Source: Candidatus Poribacteria bacterium
GTDB lineage: Bacteria > Poribacteria > WGA-4E > WGA-3G
Reading direction: 5' to 3'
Length of the DNA: 64,000 nucleotides
Assembly: GCA_963663765.2 (NCBI GenBank)
Contig: CAXXUA010000005.1
Span: 1,344,001-1,408,000 of the forward strand
In this document: positions 51,784 to 60,383 of the stretch, one piece after another
Position numbering within the stretch: the stretch's first letter is position 1
Layout: each line of letters begins with the position of its first letter
The notes under the pieces: generated by a model
Told to the model about the DNA's origin: nothing
Database searches by the model: none
What the model saw: only the letters and a program-made list of their open reading frames with translations
Program-made: the position numbers and the translations under genes

Positions 51784-52611
51784 ATGAGAAAATTTAATAC
51801 GCTTGCTATAGCAATTGCTATTGTTTTTGGGTTAGTGTTAATCGGTTCTAATCCGGTTATGGCACAAACAATTACCATCAGTGATGGTCCATTGACTGAA
51901 GAAAACCTTTTAGTTAATCCGGAAGGGGCAGGACAATCTGGCGATATACATGATGTTGATACTTGGATCACCAAATGGTACGGTCCGGATGGAAACTATA
52001 CAGAAAATGGTGGATTTGGCACTTCTGCGTCAATGGATCTTATGTCTATCGGCACAAGTGAAAAAATTACCGACATATCACTTTCAACGCTTGATGGATT
52101 GCTGATGACTCAAGACGTTGATGTTGAATGGGGAGATACTCATGGTGGTACGCGCGGCTGGACAGTCTATGAAATTGATCCAAATGCCGGTGACAATATG
52201 GACAGAGGAGGTCCTGTAGGTAATTTTGATCTCTATGGTGTTCTTGTTATCGATTCACCAGAGGATATGACCTCTACGATGTCCCCCGCGCACGATGACC
52301 ATGCACAGATATGGATTAACGGTGAGAAATGGTATAACAACTCCTTGTGGACTGGTAACGTCAAAAAGGTACAATTCAACATTGAAGTTAGTTTGAAAAA
52401 AGGTGCTAATGTGTTAGTCTATCGTTGTGGAGAAGGCGGAGGTTCATCATACTTCAACTTACACTTTGATGATGCGACCCATGCTGCTGCTACTATCTAT
52501 CCGAAAGATGCGACAGACAAAGCAAGTTTCTTTGAAGAAATCGCACCGATAACCGCTGTTGAAGCCGCAGGCAAACTGACCACAATTTGGGCAGACATCA
52601 AACGGAAATAG
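51784..52611 (+). CDS. Secreted hypothetical protein, paralogue B
   Basis: Clear paralogue of 50778-51614; C-terminal VEAAGKLTTIWADIK; own TTGACA-17-TATTAT at 51638-51666. Confidence 0.8.
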   Translation: MRKFNTLAIAIAIVFGLVLIGSNPVMAQTITISDGPLTEENLLVNPEGAGQSGDIHDVDTWITKWYGPDGNYTENGGFGTSASMDLMSIGTSEKITDISLSTLDGLLMTQDVDVEWGDTHGGTRGWTVYEIDPNAGDNMDRGGPVGNFDLYGVLVIDSPEDMTSTMSPAHDDHAQIWINGEKWYNNSLWTGNVKKVQFNIEVSLKKGANVLVYRCGEGGGSSYFNLHFDDATHAAATIYPKDATDKASFFEEIAPITAVEAAGKLTTIWADIKRK

Positions 52612-52631
52612 TTTTTATCGTTCATGAGAGT

Positions 52632-52658
52632 AGGCGCGCTTACATAGCGCGCCTTTTT
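52632..52658 (+). terminator. REP-like hairpin terminator between convergent genes
   Basis: AGGCGCGCT-TACAT-AGCGCGCCT followed by TTTT. Confidence 0.6.
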
Positions 52659-55423
52659 CTTTTTACTGCCAACAACCGTACCATAGCACTATCGGTATGT
52701 TGTGATTGTTCTGCATCTGCCATCTTTTCATTGAATACACGTGTCGGCACAGTGTTCACTGGCGGATGGGTTGCGGGATTAGCCGTTGTAACATCGTTTT
52801 TCGTCTGTGTAAGACGTGTCAACGTTTCAGGTACTACGGCTTCAGTGTGTCTGCGGAGTTGCGCGCGAAGTTCCGACAAGTACCCACCCATAATGCTAAA
52901 CCGTCGAAGAATCATCTCCAATACAAACAGGAGTATAGCAGCGATTAACAACCCACCTGCAAGTGAAACACTCTTTTCAATGGGAACACCCGCAGGAGCA
53001 ACTATCTGAGCTGTTGTCGGCGCATAAACACCGTCTGTTCTCTCAGAAAGTTGTTTTAGCAAACCACGGTTAACATCAAAATTGGCATATTCGGCAGGAT
53101 AGGAAAGCGACAGTGTTTCCGTGCGTTTTCCCGCATCACCCTCACGTTTCGCTGTGACAATATAGGAACCGTTATCGTTCATAAGAAATGTTCCCAAATA
53201 ACGTGTAACACTCTCCTGCTGCATATTGACAGATTGGCTTGTGCCATTCGGTGCTGCAACCTGCACTGTAAACTCTGCAGAGGACGACAGTTGCGTGTCT
53301 ATTATGACTTCTGCTTTCCCATTTTGAGGTGATACAATTAGGTCAAAATCTACATCTGCTCCTTCTGCTGGTAAAGTCCAATTGATAACTTGTCCCCAAA
53401 ACCTGCTAAAGTTATCCCATGAAATCCAGTCTTTACTCCAAGCAGGTTTGACATCCGATGTCCACGCAATAGATTTCCCCAATCCGTAGTGCCAACCCGT
53501 GAGAATAGGTTCGTCCTTATGAGAATTGATGAAAACCTGTGCAGCGGTTTTTTCTGCTGTTGCTACGTATCCGTAAAGTATCGGTAATGTGTTGATACCT
53601 TCTAAAATCGGTGTTTCTTGGTTGACAATGTTCGGTTGGAAGGTTTCTTGCACAATGTAGTTTTGCGTTTCCTTGACAGCATCCATCAATACTTTGGGCA
53701 AATCTTGGATATTTTGCACGTGTTTGAACCTTCCATTTCCCGCTTTCGCAACTGCCTCCAAGACATTTTTTGCAGCATCCCCGATAGCAATTGTTGTGAT
53801 ACCAATACGTGCATCTGTAATCGCTTCCGCATTCTCAATCAGATCAGATAGGTTTCCTTCAGATTTTCCATCCGACAAAAGGATAATGTGTTTCCGTTTC
53901 GCATCAGCTGCTATCAGCATTTCCCCTGCTTTCTGGATTCCGTGCCCCATTGCAGTCGTGCCACCTGCCGGTACGAGTTTCCCAACTGTTCGAATCAGCG
54001 TGTTGTGGTCTGTTGTGAGGGGTGACACTTCACGCAGGTTCACGTCAAAACCGATTACTGCCGCTTGATCTTCTTCCTCCAGATTTCTAATGCCTGCGCG
54101 TATCGCCTGCACAGCAAGTTCAATCTTTTGCTGTGCACCAACAAAGTTTGCCATGCTTCCCGATGTGTCAATGACAAAGACAAGTGCAACAGTCTCCTTC
54201 CGTTCACGCGGTGTCATCTCTACCGGAAGCATATCTTCTAAAGCGGTATCTGTGTAACCTCCTGGACCAAAAGCGTGCTCACCCCCAATTGCTACTAACC
54301 CGTGTCCAAGATCACGCACATAGTTCTCAATAATGTCCATCTGTCTTAATGAAAGTGAATCTGCTGCAACATTACTCAAAATCAGCACATCATTTTGTTG
54401 AAGTGTTACCAGTTCTGTAGGTATTTCTTCCGGGAGAATTACATTTACCATAAACCCGTTACCTTCAAGAACCGATTTCAGATTATCAGCATAGTCAAGA
54501 TCGCTTTCCACATACAAGATATGCGATTTGTCCTGAACCTGCACAACACCAAAAACCTGATTGTTTTCAAGTAGTTCGTCAATTACATTCAACTTCAGTT
54601 GAAATGAATGCGGACGAACATCTGAAACCTGTTGTGTCGGTAGTGTCAATACATTTTTACCTTTTTCCAGAGCGAATTCCAGTTCGGAGATTGGAACACC
54701 GTTGTGATAGAATGTGGCGGAAACAGTTGGGATGCTGCCATCCGTTTCAACGATAGCCTGTATTGGAAAACGTTGTCCTTTTCTAACATGATCTGGTAGC
54801 TTCAGTTCCTGCAACCGAATTTCATCTTTCACTGTGTCTAAAGGCACTGTCATAATTTCCACATCGCTCGCAGAAAACAGCGGGAGAAAGTCTGTAATAG
54901 CACTATTGCCGATGTTGTGAATTCCATCTGTGAAAAGCACAATACGTCTATGGTAATTATCAGGCATCAGTTCTACAGAACGCTTAAGACCTACGACAAT
55001 ATCTGTTGCATCCCGTTCAGTTGCTGTCTCCTCAATCACCGATGTTAGCGGTGGATGTTCATGTGCCGGTCCCATCTCAAGTAAGACTGATGGTTGCCCC
55101 GCGAAACTGATAACACCAAATTGGTCAGTCGGTTTCAATTGGGCTATGGCTGCGTTAATCTGTTTCATCGCTTCATCTCGTTGTGAGGGGGCAATGCTCT
55201 CCGATACATCAAGCAGAAATGACACTGCAAGTCGTTGATTGCGTTCGGTGCGTTGCAGATTTGCTAAAGCAAGAATCACACACAAGAGCGCAGCACATCG
55301 TAGAAACAAAGTAGTGCGTTTACGCCACTTTGAAGCAATAACTTTAGTGCGTATCTGTATTAGGACTAAAAAAGGTATGGCAGCAAATAGAAATAAAAAA
55401 AGGGGGGATTGGAAATCAAACAT
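52640..55423 (-). CDS. Membrane protein with two VWA domains and a glutamine-amidotransferase-like domain
   Basis: BatA-like N-terminus, LLDVSES and IDTSGSM MIDAS motifs, GGEHAFGPGGY..T.LE..LPV, YGLGKSIAWTSD, C-terminal TM. Confidence 0.85.
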   Translation of the reverse strand: MFDFQSPLFLFLFAAIPFLVLIQIRTKVIASKWRKRTTLFLRCAALLCVILALANLQRTERNQRLAVSFLLDVSESIAPSQRDEAMKQINAAIAQLKPTDQFGVISFAGQPSVLLEMGPAHEHPPLTSVIEETATERDATDIVVGLKRSVELMPDNYHRRIVLFTDGIHNIGNSAITDFLPLFSASDVEIMTVPLDTVKDEIRLQELKLPDHVRKGQRFPIQAIVETDGSIPTVSATFYHNGVPISELEFALEKGKNVLTLPTQQVSDVRPHSFQLKLNVIDELLENNQVFGVVQVQDKSHILYVESDLDYADNLKSVLEGNGFMVNVILPEEIPTELVTLQQNDVLILSNVAADSLSLRQMDIIENYVRDLGHGLVAIGGEHAFGPGGYTDTALEDMLPVEMTPRERKETVALVFVIDTSGSMANFVGAQQKIELAVQAIRAGIRNLEEEDQAAVIGFDVNLREVSPLTTDHNTLIRTVGKLVPAGGTTAMGHGIQKAGEMLIAADAKRKHIILLSDGKSEGNLSDLIENAEAITDARIGITTIAIGDAAKNVLEAVAKAGNGRFKHVQNIQDLPKVLMDAVKETQNYIVQETFQPNIVNQETPILEGINTLPILYGYVATAEKTAAQVFINSHKDEPILTGWHYGLGKSIAWTSDVKPAWSKDWISWDNFSRFWGQVINWTLPAEGADVDFDLIVSPQNGKAEVIIDTQLSSSAEFTVQVAAPNGTSQSVNMQQESVTRYLGTFLMNDNGSYIVTAKREGDAGKRTETLSLSYPAEYANFDVNRGLLKQLSERTDGVYAPTTAQIVAPAGVPIEKSVSLAGGLLIAAILLFVLEMILRRFSIMGGYLSELRAQLRRHTEAVVPETLTRLTQTKNDVTTANPATHPPVNTVPTRVFNEKMADAEQSQHTDSAMVRLLAVKRKRRAM

Positions 55424-55482
55424 CAGTTCGACCCTCTGATTCTCTTATATTTTGTAGTAGTGACCTCACAGTCGCACCATAG

Positions 55483-56616
55483 GCATCAATTTAAGGATTT
55501 TGACCTCTTGTGGGAGGGGTTTTCAACCCCGATTATAGTAACAATACCTTCGCCAATAATAGACATTCTTCCAGATTGTGCGTGTAGTTGTAGCACATTC
55601 TTCCAGATTGTGCGTGTAGTTGTAGCACATTCTTCCAGATTGTGCGTGTAGTTGTAGCACATTCTTCCAGATTGTGCGTGTAGTTGTAGCACATTCTTCC
55701 AGATTGTGCATATAAATTATTCTGTCAGATTCTATCGTCAAATTAGACGCTATGATAAATAAAAATACTTCAACGAAAACCTGAAGTTATTTTTATTTAT
55801 GTAATCCTAACAATCTCACAGAGCAATGGTAGATCAACACATTATACTCATTCAACTGAAGCACTCAAAAATGGCGAAGGTATTGTAGTAAAACATATAA
55901 TTATTTTGACATTTTGTAGCACAAACTTTTAGTTTGTGCAGATGCGGACACAAACTAAAAGTTTGTGCTACTACACCTTTGGTAGGTTCGATTTCTAACC
56001 AATGCAGAATACCACACGGGGAATGCTATATAGCATTCATACCCGGTGAATGCCTAAATGGCATTCATACCGTTGATTTCTTGATTTCTTGATTACTTGA
56101 TTTGGCGTATTCTGCCGAACATATTGTCCTATTATTTCTAAAGTCTACTATATATAACTCAAGTTGCTACCTATAAGGTTTAGACGAATAAACACCTTTT
56201 TTATAGAGTATAAAACACTTTTCGGTAGTATTTGTAGCACAAACTTTTAGTTTGTGCATCTTTATGACGCAAACTAAAAGTTTGCGCTACAAAATATAGG
56301 CTATTTATCAACACTTTTTTGATAATAGATGGTGTTTCTAGGTCTAATTATTGTAGGTAGCAACTTGGGTTATATATAGGATTCAATATGCTAATTCGGG
56401 GTTGAAAACCCCTCCCACAAGAGAAACGCCAACACTTTTTTCTTAAGGACTTACGCAGTTTTCATGTTCCAATCAAGAATTAAGACGAAAACGATGTAAT
56501 TTTCAGCATTTTTTAGGTTTCCAGCGCCAAATCAACGGTATGAATGCCTTTTGGCATTCCCCGCCTACAAAGCACGCCTACCGTTGGGTGCGTAAGTCCT
56601 GTTCTTAAATTTACGC
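55483..56616. mobile_element. GCGTCAATTTAAG-family MITE expanded by multiple nested repeats
   Basis: gcatcaatttaag...cttaaatttacgc; REP pair at about 55508/56397 separated by a 32-nt array, REPINs, Z+X, MITE 56157-56370 (TATATA flanks); MITE-A 56445-56601 (TTCTT duplication). Confidence 0.7.
55563..55710 (+). repeat. 32-nt REP-like tandem repeat, about 4.6 copies
   Basis: acattcttccagattgtgcgtgtagttgtagc repeated exactly; contains GTAG-CACA...TGTGC hairpin. Confidence 0.9.
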
Positions 56617-56641
56617 TCATGGAGTGACCTCCCGATTGTAC

Positions 56642-57685
56642 CTACAAGAATACCGCTGCTTCTGTCGACTGCACGATATGCATTCCCGCTTCCGCAAATT
56701 CGGCAAAAGCTGCATCTGCTGAGTCAGTATAATCCACAACATCTGGTACCACAACCGGTGAGGTAAGGTCTTCCATCAGATAGATTTTCTCGGTAAGCGT
56801 GGATTCTGTCTGCTGTATTTCAGTGAGTAGATCACTCACTGTCCATGCAACACAGTGGCTTTTTGCTTGACCTGCAATAATAACGCGGTCATACGATAGA
56901 AGCATCCGAAAAAACGCTGTATTCTTCTGTGCAATGGGTCTTCCTTCAACATCGGTAAGCACTTCTGGTCGCAGCACAGAGTAGTTTTCAGTCAGTGGAT
57001 TGCGTCCCTTCAGTTCATAATGTGTCTGGCTGTTGCGTGCAATTGCATGAAAAAAACACGTTTCATCAACAGCGGAGACAACGGCATGCCCAATCCCACC
57101 CAACATGGCATGGTAGGGCCATATCGTCAGTGGATATTTTCCATCCTCAGTGAGGGTTTTGACATAATGCTCGCCATATTTCTTGAACCAACTGTAGTCT
57201 CTGTTGTTTCTACCTACACCTGCAACAACTGCTGGATTGACACGCCATTTCTCAGCTTCAATATCATCTTGTGTAATTAGTGTCTGTAGTGGAATGGGAT
57301 GTTCTCCAGCATCGTTGATCCAGAATATCTCGTGGAATATCTGCATCGCTGTATGCGTATCCAACGTGCATGCAATTTTCGTAATATGGGGTAGATTGCG
57401 ATATATGAACTCACACAAACGCACATTGTCCTCTACGGCACCCTTTCCCGATCTCCCACCAACAAAAAGCTCAAAATCTGGAATACAGAATGTGTTCTGG
57501 ACATCAATAAGCAGTAAGCAAGTACGCATAGTATCCTCAGATGCAGGCGGAATATCGTGTTGTTTTGCCCAAACCAGCGCCTCATGCATCCGCTCTTGAT
57601 ACGGAATTCGCCAAACTTGTTCAACTTGATCCGCATCAAAATGTGATGGAATCGGTCTTTGCGAAATTAACGAAGGATTGTTCAT
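56642..57685 (-). CDS. Isochorismatase/nicotinamidase-related cysteine hydrolase
   Basis: LLLIDVQNTFC, LDTH, IWPYH, KG.NPLTENYS, AGQAKSHCV. Confidence 0.88.
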   Translation of the reverse strand: MNNPSLISQRPIPSHFDADQVEQVWRIPYQERMHEALVWAKQHDIPPASEDTMRTCLLLIDVQNTFCIPDFELFVGGRSGKGAVEDNVRLCEFIYRNLPHITKIACTLDTHTAMQIFHEIFWINDAGEHPIPLQTLITQDDIEAEKWRVNPAVVAGVGRNNRDYSWFKKYGEHYVKTLTEDGKYPLTIWPYHAMLGGIGHAVVSAVDETCFFHAIARNSQTHYELKGRNPLTENYSVLRPEVLTDVEGRPIAQKNTAFFRMLLSYDRVIIAGQAKSHCVAWTVSDLLTEIQQTESTLTEKIYLMEDLTSPVVVPDVVDYTDSADAAFAEFAEAGMHIVQSTEAAVFL

Positions 57686-57934
57686 TTTGTTCTATCCTTT
57701 TCCGTTCTAATACGTCTAACTGTACATAACAACCGAAATTGTGATTTTTTGCTATCTTTTTTAATACAAATTAGTCTAAAATATGTAACAAGTATAGAAA
57801 AGGCATACTCGGATCAATCACTACAGAACTATTGGTATTTTATAGCACACAACTATTTTATACAAGGAAAAATGGGTGAAACCCCACAAAGTTATAATGA
57901 CTGTATAGTGTAAATCTAATCTTTTTCAAGATTT

Positions 57935-58648
57935 TTGAATACTTTTACAGAATCTGTCGTAACTAATTTGTTAGGAATGCGTAAAGAGGTATATAGAAAT
58001 ATTATGAGAAGATCAAAAGAACGACGTCCAGAAATGGAAGAAAAAATTAACGCGGCAGAAAGGCGAATGCGTGACGCACGCGGTCGTTTGCGTTGGCGGG
58101 TTAATGAAGCACTCATACCCCTGCAAATACAGAAAGATCACACTATTTCTGCTCTGAAAGGGGAAGTGTTGATAATCTCCTACAATGACTCGGTACAAGA
58201 AAAGTTGAGGAATGTTTTAGAGTCTGAAAGTTATCGCTTTGACATTGCTGAACGGACGACAAAAGCCGTTGGCATGTTAAAAATGGCAAAATACAAATTG
58301 ATAATTGTGGACTACACGCGCTACCGCCGGTCGCGAATCTTTGAGTACGTCGCGAGGTATCATCCTCACATAAAAATCGTCTCAATCGTCTCTGATGACC
58401 GCACAGGACGTTGGTTCATGTCGCGAGGATGTTATAGTTATCTCATCGGACGACATTTTGATGAGGAACAACTGCGAATATGTTTGGTGAGTTCACTACG
58501 AATGGGACATAGAGTCTGCACGTTGTTGAAAGATGGAGAGAAATGCAATCGTTCTTGTGTCAATAACTATCAAACAGAAGACGATTTTCTTGAAGATGCG
58601 GATTATGATTTAACGGAACTTGAAGAAGACTTAGGTGTAAGTTATTAA
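57935..58648 (+). CDS. Hypothetical protein with degenerate receiver-like domain
   Basis: VLIIS..DSV...L..VLE...YKLIIVD...YSYL pattern; Cys-containing acidic tail; start uncertain. Confidence 0.55.
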   Translation: MNTFTESVVTNLLGMRKEVYRNIMRRSKERRPEMEEKINAAERRMRDARGRLRWRVNEALIPLQIQKDHTISALKGEVLIISYNDSVQEKLRNVLESESYRFDIAERTTKAVGMLKMAKYKLIIVDYTRYRRSRIFEYVARYHPHIKIVSIVSDDRTGRWFMSRGCYSYLIGRHFDEEQLRICLVSSLRMGHRVCTLLKDGEKCNRSCVNNYQTEDDFLEDADYDLTELEEDLGVSY

Positions 58649-58665
58649 CAGAAACCACCAAGGCA

Positions 58666-59175
58666 ATGGCAAAGAACTTAGAATATAAAGTGCGGCATGA
58701 GTCGCTTGATGCACTAACACCGAAGTTAGCAGAACTAAAAGCAACACACTGTGAAACAGTACATCAAGTAGATACCTATTTCCAGAATCCGAAAGGTAGG
58801 TTAAAACTACGCGAGATCAATGAATCGGATGAAGCATGGCTTATCTACTATGAACGTCCAAACAACTTGAAATCTCGCTACAGTATATACCAACTTTGTA
58901 AAACAAAACAACCAGCAGCATTAAAAGAACTATTGTCTGCTGCATTAGGTGTAAAGACAATCATAAAAAAACAACGTTCACTTTGGATGTATAAAAATAC
59001 CAGAATACACCTTGATATCGTCTCTGATTTAGGTGAATTCGTTGAATTAGAAACAGTCTTTCAGGGACAAACTGAAACGGAAGCCATTGAAGAACACCAA
59101 TACGTGAAAACGACACTTGACCTAAACTTAGCAGAGCCGATTGCCGTTTCATACAGTGAATTAACAAAAAAATAA
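58666..59175 (+). CDS. CYTH-domain protein (class IV adenylate cyclase-like)
   Basis: NLEYK, QVDTYF...GRLKLR, KQR, RIHLD.V..LG.FVELE, SY. Confidence 0.9.
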   Translation: MAKNLEYKVRHESLDALTPKLAELKATHCETVHQVDTYFQNPKGRLKLREINESDEAWLIYYERPNNLKSRYSIYQLCKTKQPAALKELLSAALGVKTIIKKQRSLWMYKNTRIHLDIVSDLGEFVELETVFQGQTETEAIEEHQYVKTTLDLNLAEPIAVSYSELTKK

Positions 59176-59218
59176 AATATTAACAGAACAAACACTCAAC
59201 TTAAATTGGAGACAAAAA

Positions 59219-59455
59219 ATGGATTTATCTGAATATCGTAACATCATAGATTCCGATAATAAGTTGGATAACGAAAAAAGAAAAGAACTGCTTAGGATTT
59301 ATCTAAAAAACCCATCACTACCGCAGTTACAAGCGGTCCGCGCATTATTAATTGAGCTAAAAAAGAAACTAAATCAATGTAGTGCTTCTAAGAAACGGTG
59401 TCTAAAAGGGATTCGACACATGCTCTGTAAAAAACGTTCCGCGCAGAAAGGTTGA
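59219..59455 (+). CDS. Small hypothetical protein
   Basis: GGAG RBS, 78 aa. Confidence 0.55.
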   Translation: MDLSEYRNIIDSDNKLDNEKRKELLRIYLKNPSLPQLQAVRALLIELKKKLNQCSASKKRCLKGIRHMLCKKRSAQKG

Positions 59456-59458
59456 CGT

Positions 59459-60313
59459 TCATTTGTCTAAACCTAAAAACGAGTAGGGTTCTATACCGAC
59501 ATCGTTATTATTCCAGTCAATTATCTCAACACCTTCTGGCAAATCACCTGCCAAAAACTGTTCTTGTGTGGGTTTAGGTATGCCTCCTGTTGACCCCCAC
59601 GATGAAATATATCGTATTGGTTTTCTGTCTTCGTCTTTATGAACTCTACCGTTTAGATTCCTGAGTTTAGCATAACTAACATATACTCGGTTGTGATATG
59701 TTACATAAACCTTTCCATCTTTAAAGATACCTCCCACCCATTCTGTGTCACCTTGTTCCCATAACTTGAAAAGCACGCGACTTATTAATTCTCCTTCTTT
59801 TGTGAGAGGTTCTGTATCAAACAATTCAACCGTTTGCCAAGACGTAGGACCTTTTTGCATGATGTATTCCTTTGGCACATAAGGAAAAGGTCCTAAACCG
59901 TGGAAAGAGGATGTAATGTCAGTAGGATCAAGTGATATATTAGGTATATCCTTTCTTGATTCATCTACAATTTCATCAGTAATTTCCGATGTAATTGGGT
60001 CAGTAGTTTCAATTGGCACTTGATCCGTTGGCACTTGGTCTGTCTGTTGACTTTCTGCTTTTGCTTTATCGGCTGCTTCTTGTTGAATGCGTTTCGCTTC
60101 ATCTTCAACTTTTGCGCGTTTCTGCTGGTTTTTCGTGTCTATTTCGTGTTGTAACAAAAAGACATTTGCTGCAATAAGTAGTATCAAAAAGACAATACCT
60201 CCAAATATCCATCTGTTTCTAAAAAAATCGTAAAACACTTCACACCTCATTTGTATAATACACTTGAAGAGTGGTGTATTATTGAAAATAGGATTCATAG
60301 ATGGGAAGACCAT
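59459..60313 (-). CDS. Membrane-anchored hypothetical protein
   Basis: Single TM helix, low-complexity linker, GLGPFP.VP..Y domain; true start probably the GTG near 60238. Confidence 0.65.
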   Translation of the reverse strand: MVFPSMNPIFNNTPLFKCIIQMRCEVFYDFFRNRWIFGGIVFLILLIAANVFLLQHEIDTKNQQKRAKVEDEAKRIQQEAADKAKAESQQTDQVPTDQVPIETTDPITSEITDEIVDESRKDIPNISLDPTDITSSFHGLGPFPYVPKEYIMQKGPTSWQTVELFDTEPLTKEGELISRVLFKLWEQGDTEWVGGIFKDGKVYVTYHNRVYVSYAKLRNLNGRVHKDEDRKPIRYISSWGSTGGIPKPTQEQFLAGDLPEGVEIIDWNNNDVGIEPYSFLGLDK

Positions 60314-60383
60314 TCACACAGTTTATTCAATGCGTTCTAATGGATAAGACTCCCCACTTTTTTGTTATTATACCCCCCGTTGT

